In this document: positions 25,701 through 37,700 of the stretch, piece after piece
Layout of the letters: the number at the start of each line of letters is the position of its first letter
How positions within the stretch are numbered: the stretch's first letter is position 1
From: Veleropilina oligotropha
Taxonomy: Eukaryota
Direction of reading: 5' to 3'
Assembly: GCA_048128005.1 (NCBI GenBank)
Contig: JBEUKZ010000023.1
Location: forward strand, 372,001 to 436,000
Length of the DNA: 64,000 nt
Program-made: the position numbers and the translations under genes
The notes under the pieces: model-generated
Databases searched by the model: none
The model's input: only the letters and a program-made list of their open reading frames with translations
What the model was told of the DNA's origin: nothing

Positions 25701-28700
25701 AGGTCAAGGTCATTTTCGTGTATTTCCGTTCTGGCACTTCGAAGATTGCTTTCTGTCACATAGAAGATGAACCGCTGGACCTACGCCTTTCATATTGGGT
25801 ATGCACCTTGTATACCATCAGGCCTAGCCCAAGTTCAAAGATGGGGTCGCTGGGTCAAAGGTCAAGGTCATTTTCGTGTATTTCCGTTCTGGCACTTCGA
25901 AGATTGCTTTCTGTCACATAGAAGACGAACCGCTGGACCTACACCTTTCATATTGGGTATGCACCTTGCATACCATCAGGCCTAGCCCAAGTTCAAAGAT
26001 GGGGTCGCTGGGTCAAAGGTCAAGGTCATTTTCATGTATTTCCGTTCTGGCCCTTCGAAGATTGCTTTCTGTCACATAGAAGACGAACCGCTGGACCTAC
26101 ACCTTTCATATTGGGTATGCACCTGGTATACCATCAGGCCTAGCCCAAGTTCAAAGATGGGGTCGCTGGGTCAAAGGTCAAGGTCATTTTCGTGTATTTC
26201 CGTTCTGGCACTTCGAAGATTGCTTTCTGTCACATAGAAGATGAACCGCTGGACCTATAGCTTTCATCTTGGGTATGCACCTTGTATACCATCAGGCCTT
26301 GGTTAAGTTCAAAAATGGAGTCTCTGGGTCAAAGGTCAAGGTCATTTTCGTGTATTTCCGTTCCAGATGGCACTTTGAAGATATAGAGTTATTGATTATT
26401 TTCCTCTCTATGGATTTATATATCCAAAAGGCGGGCCTGTATGAGGATCGTACCTCTAGTCTCTCATAACTTCGATAATAATCGACATAGAGCATTAACT
26501 TTGGTGGCAAATTATAGGTTTTCATACCCAGGGAATCCAACAGAATGGTCTAATTTAATATATAACTACATTTTCATATACTGTTTCACATTATTAGGAA
26601 AAAAACAAGATGGCGGCGGTAATTTTGTGGCTGGAATACACTCCGTACGACGGAAACATACATACATGTATGTATAACAACAGAAATGGGACCAATCGTC
26701 CTGTAGAATACTTCATGAACGTATGTCACAATAGCTCAAAGCTTTCCTGCTTGAAAGTCAAACATACCTAACCCATAGTATGGCCTTATAAAACTGCTTA
26801 TGACGATTCATTCTTATTTAAAAGTTGTGTTAAAATGTGGTATACAAACAAATCGACCAATAGCAGAGAATTTCTGACAAATATATATTATTAGAGTAAA
26901 GCTTTGGTTCATCAATCAGAATCACCATTATCGACTGGAATACAAGCAGCTTTTGTACGAGCATTTCTGCAATCATTGTTAGCATGACAGGTACAAAACA
27001 TGGAGCAGGAAAGCTGGGCTGCAGAACAACTGCACCTGGACGTTGAGCAAGGTCTGGCAGATGAGCACCCACACTTAATCAATTTTAGGACATCAGGAGG
27101 GACCGGCAACACCTCAGCTGGCAATGGAACAGGAACAAGGGTATTTGATGTTTCATCCAGAGACCACCCATAATCCATTGGATTGAGTGCTGGCGGGTCA
27201 GCCTTCAGGGCAGATTTCCATATGGCTGTTTGAAGATGTGCTCTGTGTACATGTTCCACAAATGCTTCTGTTGTAGGAGGTAACGTCTTTAAGTCAGGGG
27301 CAGAGTTCAACTTGGAATTGGACATTTTAGATGACCATACAGAGTATCTCAGTGTGGTCATATCAGCTGCCACGGGAAAGCCATAACACGCAGCAACAAA
27401 TTTGGTGGATTCAATCATTACATCTGTGATATTCATCTGCAGATCACCTAACTTCTGTAGTGTTTTCCAAGATGACAGGACTTTTACCACAGTTACCTTC
27501 CCTATGCCCCACAAGTAAGCAAAAGTATCACAGCCAGACAGAATGTGTGCCGCTAAAAGGTCTGGAATGATATTTGTGTACTTATTCACTGTACCTTTGA
27601 TGTCTACAGCGGTTCTGCCACGACTTGTTCCAGCCATTACCAGGTTGCAATTCAACTGCTCAGTGATGTAATAATACAGAAGCATCACAAAAACATCTGT
27701 ATCATCTGCTACAACTCTTATGTTGTTGAGACCTGCTGTTGCCAGATATACCACTTGCTGGATGATTATAATGTCCGCTTCTTCATGTGTGGTACGGAGA
27801 TCATGTCGTTGTGTAATTTGTAAATCACATATCTGGACATGAGTGGGTTCTGGTCCTGTGATGACAAGAATGTTTCCATTTTGAGGCAGCATGTCTGCAC
27901 GACCCTCCAAGTAGGCACAAATCAACTTGATGATTTGAATCTTTTTTGAAGTAACTGTCAGTGTAACTTTTTGAGATGGCAGAGGTGTGTTCAGAAGAAG
28001 TTGATGATGTCTGCTTGCATCCTTTCCAGCTCTGGCATTCCTTGTTGTTGTTTTAATACTATTTTCATAGTATCTATCAAAAATGAGAAATGTGTCACAC
28101 TTTTTCAGACACTCGACAATGTAGATGATGAAGTTCCTTAGTTATATAGTCCTCCACATTTCCATGAGATGGCCAGTTGATGACCCACAATACTGCGCAG
28201 CCATCCAGTATGATGCTTTCTGGTGGGTTAGATGCCCTATCGGAGACTTCAATTTGCAGCTTCCTCTTCAGCGATGACGTCGTCTTGGTAATCCTCATGT
28301 CGCCATTGTTGTCAGTACCATGTAGGTACAGGTGCCAACTCATACTTGATGACACTTTCCAGATCAATATCTCGTAGTTTCTGAAGACCAAGGACCCTTG
28401 AGTATATCAGAGCTGTATCATATACTGAAACTTTGTCGACTTTGATATGCTTCCGCGATACAGACATGGTGACGACTTTCTTGGTTAGTGGTTTGTGAAA
28501 ACTGTCTGGCCACCCTTCTTCATATTCGGCCATCTGAAGCTTCCCTATGTGGATAGAGTCAACAACATTCACAGTTTCTGGAGCAATCTTACCAGTAACA
28601 ATGTTGACAAGACCGCTGAGTTTGGCAACACCACCAAAGGCAGCCTTCATAACGTCTTCCAAGCCTGAGTCAGACATCAGCGTTCCAATGGCACCCACAA

Positions 28701-31700
28701 AATTCATCAGAGCGTGCATGCCCCCAAGACGTGGGATGAACTTCGTAAATATATCTGGATATGCCCATGTCACATTGACCACAACTCGATATAGCTGCTG
28801 GTCATTGGTGAAGATCGTGTATAATTGGCCACTAATATTAGTCAGGCGCTGTACTTCGACCATGCATGTGAGCATGGTATCTGGATTTGCAGGGGTCATA
28901 TCGATGAGTGGTAAATACACAGCATGCTTTTTAGGTCTTACTGCATGACCTTGCTCCCTGGAATGGCTAGTGTTGTAGCCATTGAATTCTGGCCTGCCGG
29001 GTTCTCTTACTACTTCTCGCATGAATCTATAATCCATGCTCTGGGCCCGGCGTTCTGAGATGCGTTGACGAATGAGTATTCGGAGTGGCGAGGGTGAATG
29101 TTTGCAATCAGCTGGCATGTCTGGCTTTGCAGGCCCTTCGTATCTTTGTATTGGAATATCAGGTAGAACATCATCCTTCATCTCTGTTTTTTCTAATCGT
29201 GCAATGGTATTTTGATGACCAGTTTCAGCTCGCTCATGCTGTACTTGGGTCATGAGGATAGCCAAGGCATGGGTGGATTGCAAACCATTTTGTGTTGAGA
29301 TGTTGGCATCAAAGTTGTCTGCCACTGCCTGAATTAGACCACTATCATTTGAAGATAGGCCCATCAGCTCATTACTTTTAAATGCAGCATGGGCAGCAGA
29401 TGCCCTAAATCGCAGTACTTCATCATAGGAACATGTCACACCCAAATCATAGAGCATTTCGATGGTTGAGCATTCTCGTACAACTATCCCCAAGGCAATT
29501 TGGAGTGACGTTGTCTTGTTTGTAACTGCACCAGTTATTATGTTCCCTGTGAGTGCTGCAGATAGGGTTGAAGCCAGCTTAGATGATATGCTGGACAGAA
29601 GGTTAAGAAATGTTGGACTGCATGCTGCAATCGCATCCTGTAGACAGATTATTGTGTCATATTTGCTTTGATCACGTTTCAGTTGTCTCGATTCAGTAAC
29701 GATCTTTTTTGCTACTTTCATTAGAGCTATATCAACAGCTTCTTCATCTTCATTGCCTACAAGTTTCATGTGTCCTGCAGCCTTGCTCTTGAACACCAAT
29801 ATACTTGCAACACCAACTCCAGAGAGAAGAAGATCAGTTTCGAAACGTTCCAATAAGGATATCACTAACTGACGATGAGTTAGTAATGTACCTCCATGTG
29901 ATACATACAGCTCATGTACTTCAACAGAGTTCCATACATGTGTTGTATCATCTTGTAGATCACGGACCACTTGTTCAAATGCTTCATCAACAGATGTAGT
30001 GCTCTCATTATCCGTATTCAAGATTGCCTGAACATTGCGTTCTCCTCGGAAATTAGATATGCAATCCTTGTGATACTGGGCATCTGCCGCATGTAGGTCA
30101 CTCACTGCGCCTTGAATTCTTAGTCTGACTTGATGAGCCCATTCATCACCCCTCTGATCACATGTCTTCAAAATGGCTTCCTTGAAAGAATGCTCTCCTG
30201 GGTCATAATCAGCCGTTGGACATTGGACAACTCGGCGCCAACGACTTGGATTCTTAGAATCTCGCTGAGTGTCACAATGTTCACCACAAAATAGGCAGTG
30301 TTGTTGGAAGTTGAATGACTCATCAGAACGACGACTCCGCTTCCTAGTTGGTTCAACTTCGCTGTCCGCTTTCTTGGCTAAATATCTCTTAATATGAGTT
30401 TTTGACGTATAGGTATAGAAATACAGCTTTTATGGCAAAATACTATTTCATGCTGCTGTTGTAATAGTTCATGAACACCATCACCCCTGTGTTTACTAGC
30501 ATGTAACAAGCGTTCTATGTTAACAGCTACATAGTTACTACTGCTACTACCACCACCATCAAAGTTCATGCAAGTATTCAGGAAGCAGCTTGTACCAGAC
30601 ATTCTAAGGCGTGCATTCAGTCACATGAAATAGAACGTTACATGTAGTAATTATCCTAAATAAGTTTTATGACATAGATCATTGCATGCAGATTACTAAT
30701 TTGAACATGCTTGTTAATAAATAAAACAGGATGCATGCATATATTAGCCATAATAGTCTGTGACTGATCTGAAGAAAAAAACAATAATTATTACTATCAT
30801 TTTGACACGGAATTTTAATTTCTGACTAATTTTAGGCTTAATGGAATGAAATATTCTGTTTACGTACTTTGGGACAACTTCAATAGATTCCTCGTGTATG
30901 AAAAACTGTGTTTTGAGACCAAAAATAATGATCTGTGTCAATTATTAGCGAAGTTACGAAAAAAAATATATATTATGGCCGCCATTTTGAATTCTGGCCG
31001 TACAAAAAATTGCTCAAGGGAGACAACTTGTCACCCGGCTGAAATATGTTCAGGAAGGTCCAATCTACCAGAAACAACAATAAAACATTGTATGTACGCT
31101 AAATCACACTTTTGTATTTTTCTGCAGGACTAATAGGGTTTTAAAAAAATTGACATTAAAATATTTTAGTTTTATGGAGAATCATTGATTTATTATAGTG
31201 TTTTATGGATAGTATTATGTATGATTGAAACAATTTACGTAAAATATGCTGATATAAATGTCAAATTAGAACAAGTAATTTTAGGAAAATATATCCAGCA
31301 AAAAACTCCCAGGGGCATAAACCATTTGAAATCTCCCCTACAATTACTAATCTCCAGCAAATTTAAAGATTTTCTCCTATGCATATATACTGATATATTT
31401 ACCAAATTTGAACAAACAATTATAGCAAAATCTCCAGCAAAAGTTCCCCCTAAACCACATTGAAATCTCCCCCAACAATTGCTAGTCTCCCCCAATTTTA
31501 CATATAATCACCAGTGAGCACATCGTCATAGGTTAAGACCTATGTAATGAGCATGTCGTCTGGCCGTTCGTCCGACCGACTGGCATCAACAATTGGTTCT
31601 CCTGTTAAAGTATTTGGTTAAAGTTTCTCAATCAGCAACAATATGCACACCCAACATTGGTCTAATGGACCAGCATTTCATAACTAAATGGACCAACCTT

Positions 31701-34700
31701 CTAGCCATGTGCTCAACTGATCTTACGAACATTCTGCTCGAATACCTTCGCCATGTAAGCGAACCGTTAGAAACTTTGGTTTCAACACTCAAAACGTTGC
31801 ACCAACCCTAACTGCAGCAAGTGCGTGTGGATATCCAGACGAGACATTTCCAATGCTTGCACACTAAACAGTCATACCGCAAAAAAACGGTCGGCACTGC
31901 CTTTTGATGAATGTTATTTACCTCATCACGTGCCAATTTTGCAAAGCCCAATATGTGGGCCAGACAAAGCGACACTTCAAATATCACCTAAGCTAACACC
32001 AAAAATATTTTGGTGGGGGATATTAAAATGCAGACTGTCTGTCCGTACACTGCTCGACATATCTTTTCGAAACTTGCTGGTTGTATTTTGTACCGCAATT
32101 GTTAAAGGGTCCCACTATAAAAGGCGACAGGCGGAGCCCGATCTCATTTCAGATTTTGCCGGCAAGGGAAGAACATCAAATTTCGACATACGATTGGTTG
32201 ACAAGTGGTCGAAACGAGGCTGCGACTTTGATTGACAGCTTCATAACAAAATACTAACTGCGATGCAATGGTGTGTTTTTATAGTGTAGGCAATTAGCTA
32301 CTAATGTCAATATTGGAACAGTCAACAGAAAAGAGCCAGGATACGACATCAATAGCCTAATATTACATGCATGGTCTAGAAAAACGTTATTGTCTAGAAC
32401 TACAGAGTGTCAATTGATAATTACAAAATGATGATAAATCAAACAATATACCACGCTCTATATTTTACTTACAATGGATGCCATACCTAAAATTTTGTCT
32501 CTGTAAGTACTAACAGCATTTATTATCAAAGGTGAGAAGCAGTCACAGCTTCAATGGCTGTATTTTTTGCATCATGCGTATCTGATCGCAATATCAATCA
32601 AGCGTTTAGAGGATTCGTTTAAAATTATTGTCCAATGATTTCGTGCATGCAGCGTTGTAACAACAAAGCAATGAGGTACCTCAGCGTGGGCGAAATATAA
32701 AGCTACATCACTGTGGGTCTAATTTAATCATTCATGACGTTCGATTCTAAAATATATATCGACATAAGTAGACAACATCAGTCCTGCCGACAAAGTGAAT
32801 TCGATTCGTACACACGTGCAGTATTCTATGCGCAACTGTGATAGATGTGCAGCAAATCTACGATCTTCTTTGGACAACATCGTTCAACATTACAAAAACA
32901 AAAACAGTAATCCAAAAAGTCGTTGCAAGACTCAAATAAATAATGAGCCAAGCAAACAGATCATCACATCAGAATTTGCTGATAATTTGCCACGAAATTT
33001 AATAACAAAGTCAATAGTGTACACGTCACCAGAAAACTGCATTACGGCAATGGACACCCATTATGTGGAATCATTTAATAATGCGTTAAAGAATATATAT
33101 CATGACAAGCGTATTGCTTTCGAGGAAAATAATACCAATGTCTTACAAAAGTTGGTCGGAACTTAGGAGAATATTAAATTATGCATTGTTGTTGATGAAA
33201 TGCTTTTTCCTAGCAGTATGTTTGGATTAAAATAACATGTGCATTAATCTACTTCAGTCTTGATTTTATTAGAGTAATCTAATGACGACGTTTGGCTTTT
33301 GTTGGTACTGTACAGCAATTATCACCGGCAAAAGTGACTGGCCATATTGAATAGCTGACGATGTAGGAGCCACGCCCCTAACTAGAAGACCAAGCCCACC
33401 GACCACCCGGTCGCAGATTCCGGCCTTTAACGGAGTTATCCCCCGCAAATTTTTTCTCTCAGGGATATTAAAATGCAGACCGTCCATCCGTGCAAACTAT
33501 CTTTTCCAGAGCATATCTCATATACCGCTCGACATAACTTTTTTAAACTCCCTGGGTGTATTAAGTACTCTGTGAACTGGTGACTTTTGCTAGTTTCGAC
33601 GTCGTGTCGCTATTATTAACAGAGTTATTTCCCTTATTTTAAATTCATTAATGTAATCTTTTCCGGACCGTAGCTCATACACCACTCGACATAACTTTAC
33701 AAAACTTGCTGGATATATTAAGTAGTCTGTGAACTGGTGCCTTTTGCTAGTTTCAACGTTGTGTGTCGATCATAAATAGAGTTATTGCCCTTGTTGTTAA
33801 TTCATTAATGTTATCTTTTCCGGAGCGTATCTCATACACCGCTCGCCATAACTTTACGAAACTTGCTGGGTGTATTAAGTAGTCGGTGAACTGGTGCCTT
33901 TTGCTAGTTTCGGGGTTGTGCGGTAATTATTAACAGAGTTATTGATCTTGATTGTAAATTTTTTAATGTTCTCCTTTCCGAAGCGTTTCTCATAAACCAT
34001 TCGGCATAACTTTATGCAATTTGGTGGGTGTATTAAGCAGTTGTTGCATTGGTGCCTTTCGTTAATTTTGACGTTGTAGGTAATATTAACAGAGTTATTG
34101 CACTTGCTTTAAATTTGTTATTCCCGACTATATCTCATACAGTGCTTGACTTATCATTACGAAACTTGGTGGGTGTAGTAGGTTAACTGGTGCCGTTTCA
34201 TAATTTTTACGTTGCGTCATGATTAATGACACAGTTAATGCCCTTGTTATTATTTAAAGCAACGATATTGCGCTTACCCCATTGTAGTTTCAAGAACATA
34301 CAGAATATAGTAATTGTGAATGTACCGTTGCGGGGGATATTGACGGCTCTGTTGTCTTCTTGTTGCCCTTGTTGTTAATTTGTTAATTTTATATTTTCCA
34401 GAGCGTCTTTCATACACCGCTCGACATAACTTTGCGAAACTTGCTGGGTGTATTAAGTAGTCAGTGCTAGTTTTGACGTTCTGCGGCTATTATTAGCAGA
34501 GTTATTGCCCTTGATGCAAATTGATGTAAATGTTCTCCTTTCCGAAGCTTATCTCATAAACCGCTCGGCATAAGTCGCTCGGCATAACTTTATGCAATTT
34601 GGTGGGTGTATTAAGCAGTTGGTGAACTGGTGCCTTTTGCTAATTTCGACGTTTACGGCAATTACTAACAGAGTTATTTTCCTTGCTTTAAATTTGTTAT

Positions 34701-37700
34701 TCCCAACTATATCTCATAAAGTGATTGACTTATCATTACGGAACTTGCTGGGTGTATTCAGTAGTTGGTTAACTGGTGCCTTTTCACAATTTTGACGTTG
34801 TGTGATGATTAATGACAGAGTTTTTGCCCTTGTCATTATTTAAAGCAATGATATTGCGCTTACCCCATTGTAGTTTCAAGAACATATACTAGAATATAGT
34901 AATTGTGAATATACCATTGCGGGGGATATTGATGGCTTTGTCTTCTTGTTATATACATTTATTGAAAACATTGACCAAGAAACTTGATTATATAAATAAA
35001 ATACCATGCAACATGCCCCAGGCATCCAATAATATCATTATTTGTATACCTTTATCGTATTTAATAATGTCAATGTACATTGCACATAACATCATTCTAT
35101 TAAATTCAAAAGTAGACACTTTCATATTATGTTAGCAGATTTATTAATTTATTTTCAACCATTTATGAGTATGAACATTAACCATCATTTGTGAATTTAT
35201 TGTAGGGGAACAAAGGTGGTGTGTCCGTGAGATTCGATCTGAACAGAGTCAACGTGATTATCACCAACTGCCACTTGGCAGCTCATAGGAGCCAAGTGGC
35301 AGAGAGGATCCAGGTAATCCTTCATATGAATGGAAAGAATCGATGTTTAATGTCCTGTATATTTCCAACTATCATTAAGTTCAATCGACATGTGACTGTC
35401 CATATTATCGCCGGAGGAAAGCCCGATCGCTCGGGGGGAACCAGATACGGACAAATGTGACTCATGGGTTGAACAAATAATGTCATGTCTCAACCGAGGT
35501 TCTACGGTTCATGGCAGCGGAATCGAGCTAGTGATTATTCGGAGTCCACAACCGAAACCACACGGCTGTTGGAGCGGCCAATCCTTCGTATGAATTAGAG
35601 ACATAGTGGCATAGTACGTAAACTGTTTGAATGTTTCATGATCTAACACTTGACGAATCATCTTTGAGACTTATTGGCACATTAGCAACCAAAAATTAAC
35701 AACTGAGGTATGAACCCAAGATTTGTGAAGAGTTGTCCAAAATCTTGATAAAAAAGTCAAACAGGCATCTAATATATAGGACAGACAGGTAAAATAATAA
35801 AATGCAAAATTGCTTCGCAACTAGACAAATTACTAGTCAATATAAAGTTAAATGCCTGTTTGACTTATATCCATGTTCTGTTGTTGTACTCCTTATTTTA
35901 CACATATTCTATCCATTTCAGGATTTTAATAGCATTATTGACACACAAAGCTTTCGAGACCAGAACGTTGATAACATTTTAGATCACGAGTAAGTAAGCA
36001 ATTTTTATATTCCGTGCATTATTCGAGATCAACATGAAATGTGCTGGAGCTAAAGCCATCATTGATCAAATGATCACGTTACAATATATATGTTTTATAA
36101 AGGTCTTTATGTGGATTCTACTTGAATTGTTTTGTTTTGAGCTACAGACGTATGTATATATATAGGCGACTTTGTGATATATGTTGATTGATTATTACAA
36201 TCGATATGCCGATTGAGTTTAAAATATTGTATGGCTCATAATTCCACTTTATCTTTTTTCTAAATTGTGGCATACCATTGCATATGAATTGATAACAGCA
36301 TTTATTATATGCCAGTCATTTTCTGGCGCCTATTCTCGCACAGTTTTCCGAGACCCTGTATCACGGAGACAACTGATATCGATTCAGAAAACGTCTCCTG
36401 CTTAATTATATATTCACAGGAAAACGTCTCCTGCTTATATAATCAAAATGGCTGACAAATCGTAGGAACTACTTCCAATATAGTCCTATACTATTTCAAC
36501 CTCCCTTACAGATTTGTGACTAAAATTACCATAATCTTTCGATTCAATTTAATAAGAAACTTGTTGTGGCATATAATAAAAATGTTATCAGTTATTGTGT
36601 GGATTCTGGCACATCGGAAACCTCTCGTGACGTCGTAGTTTTTGCGGCGGATAAATCGCTCGAACTTCGTTCTCGCGATTAATCCGTCGCAAAAACTACT
36701 ACGTCACTCGAGGTTTCCGATGTGCCAGAACCAAACAATACTGATAACATCATTGTATAGTGATTTGCCACTTGAATTATTTTTATGTATGTTATAGCTA
36801 TATATTCTGGCTCGGAGACTTAAACTTCCGCATTGACCGTCTCAGTATTAATGAAGTAAAAAGACGACTGGAAAACAAGGAATACGAGGCTCTGCTTGAA
36901 AGCGATCAGGTAGTGAATGTTTTATTACCTCCACTAATAAGGATGCATGTTTTCATCCTTGTCTTTCTGCTTGTTTGTTGTCTGTATGTTAGCAGAATTA
37001 CGCAACAAGTAATGGACAGATTTCGGTTAAATTTGTAGACGAATTAACCTTGGGCCACGGACCAATGCATTTTATTTTGCTGTTGATCCAGATGTGGTTA
37101 TGGATGTCATGACTTCATACTGAATTTTGATGTTTCTGCTCTAATGGGCAAAGTATTCGTCGTAGAAATTTCTGACCTTGATGGAGAATTGTTCAGTCAT
37201 GGTGGATGGCTTTTCATTACATTTTGCAATGCAAAGTAATATTAACAGGCCAGATAATAGTAATAATTGTGTTTCATGCAATTAAAAACTGAAAAGGCCA
37301 TCAATTTCATGTTTCGTTACTAAGGAATGTCAATGATTCACATATATAATTGGAAATTCAAATTTCACTTTTATTTGAAAACTCTGTTATCATGTTGTAA
37401 AATGAACATAAACTCTTGTACAGTATTCAATGTCAATAAAACTTTCTTTTTCTGTTTTCATTCTAGCTGAATAAAGCAATCGAAGAGGAACTGGTGTTTC
37501 TTGATTTCAACGAAGGCAGTATAACATTCCCTCCAACTTACAAGTACGACATCGGCACTGATGTCTTTGATACCAGGTTTGTAGAACAGGAAATAATTCA
37601 CACTATTTGATGGAGCAGTGCACCAGTTATAATTCACATAACAGAGCGAGGCTGTTATGTTATAATGCTGAGGGGTGGCAGCTGCATTATCTGTTATACA

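Larger units (their letters stand above)
23093..31132 (-). mobile_element. Academ-superfamily DNA transposon (XPG-nuclease type), decayed
   Basis: Termini TAGTCCTGCAG...CTGCAGGACTA, 3-bp TSD ATA, long imperfect TIRs (TTTCTGGTAGATT.GACCTTCCTGAACAT...GGGTGACAAGTTGTC.CCCTTGAGCAATTTTT at both ends). Internal ORF pieces carry Academ-type transposase and XPG/PIN-like motifs. Confidence 0.85.

Noticed and set aside
23507..26237. Seventeen near-identical 67-aa ORFs as a tandem gene family
   Set aside because: They are by-products of the 158-bp satellite period, mostly start at GTG, overlap each other and have no gene structure.
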